From: Candidatus Adlerbacteria bacterium
GTDB taxonomy: Bacteria > Patescibacteriota > Minisyncoccia > Phycocordibacterales > SBAW01
NCBI GenBank assembly: GCA_043734325.1
Contig: JAYTFN010000082.1
Span: 1 to 36,636 of the forward strand
DNA length: 36,636 nucleotides
Direction: 5' to 3'
In this document: positions 29,920 through 36,636 of the stretch, in pieces
How positions within the stretch are numbered: the first letter of the stretch is position 1
Layout: each line of letters starts with the position of its first letter
Translations under genes and position numbers: made by a program
The notes under the pieces: generated by a model
What the model was told of the DNA's origin: nothing
The model's input: the letters and a program-made list of their open reading frames with translations, nothing else
The model's database searches: none

Positions 29920-30894
29920 TTACCGAGTTAAGTCCGTAAGCCTTTTATTTAGCATATCAAGTTGCGAAATTAGTGCGGAAATTTGAGACTCCACTTGCGC
30001 GATTTGTGCAGCCTTGCTGTAAGTTTCACTTTGGATTACTTGGGGAGGTGTCGAGGCAGAACTTACGATTGAAGAGCTGTTACTCGAAGAAGCAACAATT
30101 TCAGCAAGTGCAGCCGCAAGAGATGCTTGCGTACGTGCGTCAGCTTCGCCGTAGCCGGTCGTTGATTCATCGCCCGAGCAGATTATCCCCTTACTACACT
30201 GAAAGCGGCGTACGGCATCACGTGTGAGCAAGCCGAAACGTGTCGTCTCTTGTCCCGGTGAGCCTGCGCCAGATGCGGAAACTATAAAGCCGACCTTGTT
30301 TAACGATTGCTGTAGCGTCAGTACACTAGCGCCCGTCATACCAAGCGCTAAACCAACAGAGGCAGGCTTAACAGGAACTGTTTGAGTTGACGCACTTGCA
30401 CTGTTTAGCGCGACAGTACTCGTGCCAAGCACCAGGCCCTGAGACTTAACGACATTTCCCCAGCAACCGTACGAGTCCATCCATGGGTCTATGCCATTCG
30501 TTTGATACAGGTGTCGCGCATAGGCCAAATTTCCATCTACCGTTAGAATATTCATTCCCATATCAAGAGCTCTGGGCAAATGTGCGCTGCTTTCCTGAAA
30601 TATTCCAATCATGGAGTAGCTTGGGTCAAAAAGCACCGAGCCGTCCGAGTCAAACTGCCTGAATCCGGACTCGCACTTGGCGATGGCGACCATGGTTGGA
30701 AAGTCTGCAAAGTACAAACGAACCTTCGCTTCAATATCAGTGGGATTAAGCGGGTCAAAAGTAATTTGCGATGTGGTCGCTTGAGTGGTTGAGGCAACTT
30801 GAGCGTACGCAAAGGGCGCGGCACTTCCCACAACTCCAATAATCACAAGCAGCAGCACGAAACGAATATATGAGGATATAGTATGGGTAATCAT
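29920..30894 (-). CDS. Secreted lysozyme/transglycosylase-like protein with a PG_binding_1 domain and a C-terminal coiled coil
   Basis: A signal/anchor is followed by the Rpf/transglycosylase-like block IAKCESGFRQF...GIFQ. The PG-binding block is LQQSLNKVGF...FGLLTRDAVRRFQ. Confidence 0.6.
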   Translation of the reverse strand: MITHTISSYIRFVLLLVIIGVVGSAAPFAYAQVASTTQATTSQITFDPLNPTDIEAKVRLYFADFPTMVAIAKCESGFRQFDSDGSVLFDPSYSMIGIFQESSAHLPRALDMGMNILTVDGNLAYARHLYQTNGIDPWMDSYGCWGNVVKSQGLVLGTSTVALNSASASTQTVPVKPASVGLALGMTGASVLTLQQSLNKVGFIVSASGAGSPGQETTRFGLLTRDAVRRFQCSKGIICSGDESTTGYGEADARTQASLAAALAEIVASSSNSSSIVSSASTPPQVIQSETYSKAAQIAQVESQISALISQLDMLNKRLTDLTR

Positions 30895-31042
30895 ACCCGC
30901 ATGGTAGCACTACTTTACAACCACACACTCGCTGACACTCATGTAATAAAAAACTCAGTTAGTATTTTCTTCTCCTTACGTTATTTCAAACAAGAACAAT
31001 TAAGGATACATGGATACATTAAGAGCGTTCCATTGCAGAAAC

Positions 31043-31072
31043 GAAAAAACGCTCCGGCTAGAGGAGCGTTTT
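31043..31072 (-). terminator. Rho-independent terminator of the CHRD gene
   Basis: The minus strand reads AACGCTCC-tctagcc-GGAGCGTT followed by TTTTCGTTT. Confidence 0.75.
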
Positions 31073-31090
31073 CTAAATACTTTTAGGAAT

Positions 31091-31999
31091 TTACAGGAAG
31101 TTTTGAACCGTAATGGTCGAAGTCATGACCGCAGCCCCGAATGCTGGTGTGAAGGTGTAGACGTACACTCCCGGAATCGTTGGCATAGTGAGCGAGCCTG
31201 TTGTGAAGTTACCTCCACCGTCAGCATGAGCGTGCCCTACCACAACACCACCAAGAGTAATCACAATGTCAGCTTCATGTGGAAAGTTTCGGCCATTAAA
31301 GTCTATGTGTTGACCGCTGTGAACGTTGGTGCTTGATGGAGTAAGTGTTTGAGTATTATGGTTTCCACCATTGCCATTTCCGTTGCCGTTATTACCTCCG
31401 TTACCGTTGTTGCCATTACCATTTCCCTGACCATGGGAGGTTGGCGTGTCGTGGAGCTGACCGCGAATTTCACCGGCAGGAAAAGCAGTCGTCAAAATGT
31501 TGATATAAATGGAGCCTTCACGCATAGCCTGTACGAAGTGCGAAGAAGTGTGAATGTTTGGATTACAAGCATATGCCGAGGCAAGAAGATCAGACTCGGC
31601 AATAGTGCCAGTAAAGCTACTGGTATTAACCGGCGTTACTGAATGAAAGAGCGAAACAACTTTAGGACCGTTTGAGCCTGGGCGCGCGCAGTACAGTGCT
31701 ACGTCAGTTATGTTGCTTTCGTTTTGGAGATTGACGGCGTAGCCAATTTCTCTTTCATCCATACCAACATTAATAAGCACTGTCCCCGTTGCAATGCTTG
31801 TAGTTGGGGGTACTTCTTGGGGTGCGTTAATCTGAGCTGCGAAACTTTGCTTAAACTCTTTTGGCTGTCCACCATACCCTGCGTTTGCAAAAGGAGCGTA
31901 GATACCACCGTTAGCGGCGCTTACACTCACCACCGCGAGAAGCGGTAAGACGATAAGTAAACTAGGTATTAACTTGTTGAAAATTGCTTTAAGTTGCAT
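31091..31999 (-). CDS. Secreted CHRD-domain protein with a Gly/Asn repeat linker
   Basis: A signal peptide is followed by CHRD hallmarks (PPTTSIATGTV...LYCARPGSNGPKVV...FPAGEIRGQL). A (G/N)25 tract and a beta-rich C-domain follow. Confidence 0.7.
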   Translation of the reverse strand: MQLKAIFNKLIPSLLIVLPLLAVVSVSAANGGIYAPFANAGYGGQPKEFKQSFAAQINAPQEVPPTTSIATGTVLINVGMDEREIGYAVNLQNESNITDVALYCARPGSNGPKVVSLFHSVTPVNTSSFTGTIAESDLLASAYACNPNIHTSSHFVQAMREGSIYINILTTAFPAGEIRGQLHDTPTSHGQGNGNGNNGNGGNNGNGNGNGGNHNTQTLTPSSTNVHSGQHIDFNGRNFPHEADIVITLGGVVVGHAHADGGGNFTTGSLTMPTIPGVYVYTFTPAFGAAVMTSTITVQNFL

Positions 32000-32094
32000 A
32001 TATATCAGTAGTTAGCCTGTAATGGAAAACCTTTTTCTTGAATGCAGTCTTATTGTATCATGCTCAACAGCTTTCTACTAATTAATTCTACTAG

Positions 32095-33834
32095 TTAATT
32101 AGTGCTAATTCGATAGAACTGCATTTCCTTTGTGCTCCACTCCAATATAAACCCTTTCGAATGAAGAAAGGAGTAAGAGAAGGAATCAACTGATGCAATA
32201 TCTTGGAAGAAAATAATGTACTGAATATTATGTCTCAAGAGATACTGCGCCATACTTTCGCCACTTGCCGGGCTATTGTGTCGAATAGCTTGGTCTAGCT
32301 CTGTATAACTCGCGCTTGCACTTTCGTCATAGACTTTCCCAACACGAACATTTTGACTCACCACTGCTTGTCGGCCGAAAAACTGTCCCGCAGGATTAGC
32401 AACTATCAAATTATGATTGAACCCAAGCGAAAGATATCCTTGCCACGGTAAGATAAGTACGTTTGCCTTTGGGTCAGCAAGTATTTGTGAGCGCGCTTGG
32501 TACCACTCTGGCGGATACCACACGGGACGGAGCTGGTTAGTAAATCCTCCCCACATGTACACTCCGAAAAAAAGCGGAACAAGAAGCGCCCCTGTGGCTA
32601 AGAATCTGCCAAGATGTTCGTTGCGCGCTTCTACCCTTCGCAAAAGCGAGCCAAAACCATTTCCCGCAAGTACCGCAATTGCGAGCGCATACAGCGCAAT
32701 AAATTTTTGACTATCCCTAAAACCCGACCAAAATGGCAGGTGAACGTATAGCCAGTAGTTAACCGAGGCAAACGGCGTTGCAGAAACACCCGCAGCAAAA
32801 ATAATTGCCAAAAGACCCAGTACTATACAAAATACTGCGTGACTCTTCCCCCGCCTCTTACACATGGCATACACCCCAAAGCCTGCAAGGAGCATAACCA
32901 GCACATAGGCAAACCAAAAGAGTATGTTTTCCTGTGGCCAACGAAAGTACTGCGCCCAGGCATATGCCTCGCCCCAATAACCGCCCATAGCAGAGAGATT
33001 CATTAAAACAGGAAGGTTTCCGTGGGGCGCAGCGGCGAACGCTTGCCAATGAGAAACGTCAAACGATTTCTCAACAGAGATGCTTCTCGTTAGAGCCGAA
33101 ATGCTCCAATAGGAAGTGAGAACAAGGAGAGTCAAAAGTAACAAGCTAAAAGTTACAATAAAACCACGCACCCTTCCCTCGTGTAGCCCGACGTTTGAAT
33201 CTTCTCTTCCTGCTTCTATTTTTGCAGCTTCTATAACTTGTAACTTGTAACTTGCTATTTTTGTTGCTCCCGCAATTACTAACCAAAGCGCCGACATTAG
33301 AATCGCCATAACAAACAGGTGGAGCGAAAAAAGTCCAACGAGTGCTAGCACCGCTGCGAGCTGTACGCCTTTTAAGGCTTCAGGCTTTCGCGATATGAAA
33401 AAAAGGAGATTGAGCACGACGGGCAAAAGCGCATAGGCAAAAAGATGCGCCCAGTGCCCTGCCAAAAGCCGCTCATAAACAAACGGGTTTGCTGTATACA
33501 GTAGAGATGCGAATAATCTAACCTCGAAACGTTTTTGCGCTTTACCGCCAAGAGGCAAAAACGTAAGTGACAAGAAACTTAAAAGAAATACCAGTGCGAC
33601 CAACATTCCCTTCTCTAGTATCCAACCTGGAAGTAACAAATATAGAAGATGCATAAAATACCAGAGCGGCGAACTGTTTAAAAACCCGCCGGTAGACTGT
33701 GGCGAGTATTGGTTAAACGGCCCAAACACCATGTCGAGCGACAAGATGTAGCCGGGCAAGAGCATCCCGCCGAGTACCGTTAGCGTCACAGCAAGTGCAG
33801 TGAAAGCGTAAATATATTTTTTGAAAACTGACAT
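32095..33834 (-). CDS. Large polytopic membrane protein, possibly a GT-C-fold glycosyltransferase (ArnT/PMT/YfhO-like)
   Basis: The 579-aa ORF has more than 10 predicted TM helices, an acidic first loop (LSLDMVFGP) and a soluble C-terminal domain. The functional assignment is weak. Confidence 0.45.
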   Translation of the reverse strand: MSVFKKYIYAFTALAVTLTVLGGMLLPGYILSLDMVFGPFNQYSPQSTGGFLNSSPLWYFMHLLYLLLPGWILEKGMLVALVFLLSFLSLTFLPLGGKAQKRFEVRLFASLLYTANPFVYERLLAGHWAHLFAYALLPVVLNLLFFISRKPEALKGVQLAAVLALVGLFSLHLFVMAILMSALWLVIAGATKIASYKLQVIEAAKIEAGREDSNVGLHEGRVRGFIVTFSLLLLTLLVLTSYWSISALTRSISVEKSFDVSHWQAFAAAPHGNLPVLMNLSAMGGYWGEAYAWAQYFRWPQENILFWFAYVLVMLLAGFGVYAMCKRRGKSHAVFCIVLGLLAIIFAAGVSATPFASVNYWLYVHLPFWSGFRDSQKFIALYALAIAVLAGNGFGSLLRRVEARNEHLGRFLATGALLVPLFFGVYMWGGFTNQLRPVWYPPEWYQARSQILADPKANVLILPWQGYLSLGFNHNLIVANPAGQFFGRQAVVSQNVRVGKVYDESASASYTELDQAIRHNSPASGESMAQYLLRHNIQYIIFFQDIASVDSFSYSFLHSKGFILEWSTKEMQFYRISTN

Positions 33835-33933
33835 GTTGTATGACGCCTAAAATAGAACTATTAGCGGTAAACGGTAAGCAAATGTGCAACGCCCACGCTG
33901 CAATTGTATTGTATAGTATAGTACGTTTCATAA

Positions 33934-34683
33934 ATGAAAAAAACGCCTATCTCTTTCCTATCAGGAAGTACACTACTTCTGGCCTTTACTTTTTCTTTTG
34001 TAATATTTTTTGTGCACTCGCCACTTGTAGGCGCCCATGCTACTTCAACAATTGCCTCAACGACACAAATTCAATGGCCACATACGATAAAAGAAGTAGC
34101 CCTTACGTTCGATGACGGACCATACGGCACTTCCACACAAGAAGTGCTCAACATTTTACAAAATGAAAATGTGCGTGCGACATTTTTTATACTGGGCAAG
34201 AATACCGAGAAATACCCTGCCTTAGCGCGAGAAATAGTTAAAAGGGGAAATGTAGTAGGCAACCACACATATGACCATACTAAAAACCTAACAACAATGA
34301 CTCATTCTCAAGTACAGTCTGAATTATCCAAAACTGAAGCGATAATAGCTTCGACCACAGGAGTGCATGCGACTCTCTTTCGAGCACCCTACGGGAAGCT
34401 TACTCGTAAACTTCGCTCAGTAATTCAAAGCGAAGGATACATTATCGTGCCATGGAATGTGGACCCCAAGGACTGGGACTATACACATTCCAGCAGCACC
34501 GCAATTGAAAATCATATTTTCAGTCATCTAAACAATCGCATGATCATTTTGCTCCACGATGGACGAGACACGCACGTGGGCTACCCACGAGATAATATGA
34601 CCGAAGCCCTTCCATTTATTATACAAGGCCTTAAACAGCGAGGATATGCGTTTGTCACCGTAGACAAATTATCCGCTTTATAA
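33934..34683 (+). CDS. Polysaccharide/peptidoglycan deacetylase (NodB homology domain)
   Basis: A signal peptide is followed by the NodB motifs TFDDGP, HTYDH, RAPYG and LLHD. Confidence 0.9.
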   Translation: MKKTPISFLSGSTLLLAFTFSFVIFFVHSPLVGAHATSTIASTTQIQWPHTIKEVALTFDDGPYGTSTQEVLNILQNENVRATFFILGKNTEKYPALAREIVKRGNVVGNHTYDHTKNLTTMTHSQVQSELSKTEAIIASTTGVHATLFRAPYGKLTRKLRSVIQSEGYIIVPWNVDPKDWDYTHSSSTAIENHIFSHLNNRMIILLHDGRDTHVGYPRDNMTEALPFIIQGLKQRGYAFVTVDKLSAL

Positions 34684-34723
34684 ACTATTTTAATTATTCT
34701 AACCCTCAAGCGCCTCCACTTAG

Positions 34724-35632
34724 CTACAAAGTTTTTCTCTTTGTAAATTTTGTAACAGCCGCGTCTTTTTTGCCTTTGGATTTTGCTTTTTTGATAACTA
34801 ATATAGCGCCTTTAGGGAGTTTACTCGTACGTATACGCACTTCCTGAGTTTTACTATTTGTTTTTTTAGTTTTGGCGACCTTTTGTTTTTTGGAAGGTAC
34901 TACTTTGTTCTTTAGTATTAGTTTTGTTTTTGTTTTCTTATTTTGAGCCTTGCGAATATCCTTTTTGGGCAAAGGCTGCGCATGAGCCTTGATAGCCGCT
35001 TCCGTGCTTGCCTTCATAACGAACTTCCCAGCTTTCTTCTTAGCAACGTTAGTGACTCTTTTTTTAGGATTCGTCACCTCGAGAACAGGTTCGAGGGTTT
35101 CGCTTTTTACCTCAAAAATTGAGGGTGTACCCGAAGACTCTTCACTTCCTTGCGTAGTCTGAGCATTGTCGGCTTGTTGCCAGACTCTTTTAACAAAATC
35201 ACTTGGCTCCAGTTGGGGTATCACCGGCTCTTCTTCCTCCGGCAGTGGCTCATATTTTTCGTGCCACACTTTTTGAACAAACAAACTGGGTTCCGGGCCT
35301 GACGGCGCCGCTTCCTCTTGCGTATTAGACGATTGATCCTCTGCAGTATCTCGTTTAGTAGAATAGTGCGAAAACTCAGGCATGGTCCTAGATTGCTGCG
35401 ACTGTGGCGCCCTTCCTCGCCCATTTTCTTGCCCCTCTTCTTCACCCTCTGTATTTTCCTTTTCAAGTTTTCGCCCCTTCGCCTTCTCAAGTATAAAAAG
35501 TACGACACCAAGGATTAACACAAAAATAAAAGCCACAAGTAGCTTCACAAAAATAGAAAGTGCTAAAAATATACCCAGCAATATACCGAGTTTAGTGAGT
35601 AGCCCATACTTCCCTTTAATCAACTCATTCAT
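34724..35632 (-). CDS. Membrane-anchored protein with an acidic middle region and a Lys-rich (histone H1/Hc1-like) C-terminal tail
   Basis: An N-terminal double TM segment is followed by the internal repeat EPSLFVQKVWHEK / EPSDFVKRVWQQA. The last ~110 aa are strongly Lys-rich by eye. No known domain was recognised. Confidence 0.6.
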   Translation of the reverse strand: MNELIKGKYGLLTKLGILLGIFLALSIFVKLLVAFIFVLILGVVLFILEKAKGRKLEKENTEGEEEGQENGRGRAPQSQQSRTMPEFSHYSTKRDTAEDQSSNTQEEAAPSGPEPSLFVQKVWHEKYEPLPEEEEPVIPQLEPSDFVKRVWQQADNAQTTQGSEESSGTPSIFEVKSETLEPVLEVTNPKKRVTNVAKKKAGKFVMKASTEAAIKAHAQPLPKKDIRKAQNKKTKTKLILKNKVVPSKKQKVAKTKKTNSKTQEVRIRTSKLPKGAILVIKKAKSKGKKDAAVTKFTKRKTL

Positions 35633-35787
35633 TTTCTATTTGCTCGACTCACAATTATACATGCCAACCAATATTTTGCGTCAAGAAAAACCCAAATCAG
35701 AAACCACTTACCTTTTACACCTAGTATTACGCATTTTTCCATCACCCGAACCTAAAGCATTATATTTAGGGGATAAAAATAAACCTC

Positions 35788-35816
35788 AAGTGTCAAACAC
35801 CGAGTGTTTGACACTT
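35788..35816. promoter_or_regulatory. Perfect 13-bp inverted repeat (operator-like) upstream of the DUF5678/protease pair
   Basis: AAGTGTCAAACAC cga GTGTTTGACACTT. Each arm contains TTGACA when read outward. It lies 129 nt upstream of the ATG at 35945. Confidence 0.5.
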
Positions 35817-35944
35817 TTGAGTTTGAAGTGGGCCAGAACGTAATATGGATAATATATACAGCCCTGTGTATACTTACACATAAGAGTTGTTGTAACCTAT
35901 TAATACTAATAGAGCCTTCAGGGTATTTGGTGTTAAATATATTT

Positions 35945-36133
35945 ATGAAAAATACAGTAAATTTAGCAAAGATTATTACGGAGGTCCACGAAAGGAAGTG
36001 GGTCGCTTTATCAACAGACAAAACTACAGTAGTTGGTTTTGATGAAAATCTTGTAGAATTACGAAAAAAAATAGGTGATGTTCAAGTTGTTTTTATGAAA
36101 GTTCCACCAGCAGACACGTATTTAAGTTTTTAA
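35945..36133 (+). CDS. DUF5678-like small protein (62 aa)
   Basis: The ORF is trimmed to the ATG at 35945, giving MKNTVNLAKIITEVHERKWVALSTDKTTVVGFDENLVELRKKIGDVQVVFMKVPP. This fits the KWVAL...VVa.g.......l.......v....vP pattern of the family. Confidence 0.55.
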   Translation: MKNTVNLAKIITEVHERKWVALSTDKTTVVGFDENLVELRKKIGDVQVVFMKVPPADTYLSF

Positions 36134-36147
36134 ATAAGAAATAAAAA

Positions 36148-36582
36148 ATGGCTTGGAAAGAATATGGTTACACTTCTCGATGGCACAGAAGGGCTAAAAG
36201 ATCTGTCTATCGACCTCTAATTGATATAGAAGTATCAGCTGACGGTAAATCGGAGACCTTTAGTGCGCTTATAGACTCAGGTACTGAAGTAACCATTATG
36301 AATGAGCAAATTGCTCAACTATTAGGAATTAATTCTGTTGGGAAAACATCTGCAGGCGTATACACTTTAGATGATTTTCCAAATATGCAAAAAATGGGAT
36401 ACATAGCAAAAGTAAATATTGTTGTGCCTGGATTCCCCTGTGAGGTAATGACGACTAAAGTTATATTTGCAGATGGAACCGGCAATTCTCCCTTTGACAT
36501 CTTACTAGGTCAAGATGACTTTTTTAGAAGATTCTTAATTCCCCATACCTCGACGCTCTGCGTCGGTCCTCCAGTGTGCTAG
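36148..36582 (+). CDS. Retropepsin-like (clan AA) aspartic protease; C-terminus probably disrupted
   Basis: It has the catalytic block ALIDSGTEVTIM and the late block ILGQDDFF. The last ~14 codons fall in an abruptly G+C-rich segment and look unrelated to the rest of the protein. Confidence 0.6.
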   Translation: MAWKEYGYTSRWHRRAKRSVYRPLIDIEVSADGKSETFSALIDSGTEVTIMNEQIAQLLGINSVGKTSAGVYTLDDFPNMQKMGYIAKVNIVVPGFPCEVMTTKVIFADGTGNSPFDILLGQDDFFRRFLIPHTSTLCVGPPVC

Positions 36583-36636
36583 GTTGAGTGGGTAATGGCC
36601 GACCATATACGCAAACGCTCGGAGGATACCTCGGGG

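Noticed and set aside
36570-36636. This is a 16S-rRNA-like string GGTAATGGCC...ACC near the right edge.
   Set aside because: The flanking bases do not form the corresponding rRNA helix. The position would place the 16S 5' region inside the protease ORF. No other rRNA signatures are present.
1-36636. I checked for terminal inverted or direct repeats between the two window ends, looking for a circular element or a transposon. The shared features were GGGG at both ends and AGCGTT..CGTAT-like strings.
   Set aside because: The alignment is short, gapped and unconvincing, so it gives no support for element termini.

Overview
This is a 36.6-kb, gene-dense bacterial chromosomal segment with about 36 CDS and one tRNA, most of them on the minus strand. 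I saw no rRNA, CRISPR array, transposase or integrase.

The core content is housekeeping:
- tRNA-Ala(UGC), a pterin-4a-carbinolamine dehydratase and ddl.
- A contiguous uvrB-uvrA-uvrC block, followed by tgt, an FKBP PPIase and a CAP-domain protein.
- An abutting msrA/VKOR pair, rarA, and an ECF sigma / anti-sigma module.
- An FAD oxidase, an aldo-keto reductase, an lmo0937-type mini-protein that the ORF track missed, and a GH18 hydrolase.
- typA, a PP2C-like protein, an AlkA-like glycosylase, and a DEAD-box helicase + SET-domain pair.
- Several secreted or anchored cell-wall proteins: a transglycosylase-like protein with a PG-binding domain, a CHRD protein, a polytopic membrane protein and a NodB deacetylase.

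The reduced domain architectures and the many wall-modifying exoproteins are reminiscent of Patescibacteria/CPR. That is an inference and is not verifiable from this window.

The observations most worth a second look are:
1. A roughly 44-nt palindromic element is present in-frame, in the same orientation and the same reading frame, inside two unrelated housekeeping genes, uvrC and rarA. This resembles Rickettsia palindromic elements. The lineage-specific insert in UvrB is also encoded by an imperfect palindrome.
2. An accessory patch at 13.1-15.9 kb holds a G+C-rich PEP-CTERM-type secreted protein and an orphan ORF, bracketed by a 36-bp imperfect direct repeat (31/36). Next to it lies a promoter-to-terminator unit packed with long perfect hairpins.
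3. The NER proteins have unusual architectures. UvrA lacks the insertion domain and carries a ~74-aa low-complexity insert. UvrC lacks the C-terminal (HhH)2 domain.
4. An AT-rich DUF5678 + retropepsin-like protease pair sits at the right edge, behind a 29-bp perfect palindrome. It ends at an abrupt compositional break.

All functional calls rest on motif recognition by eye, and no database search was possible.
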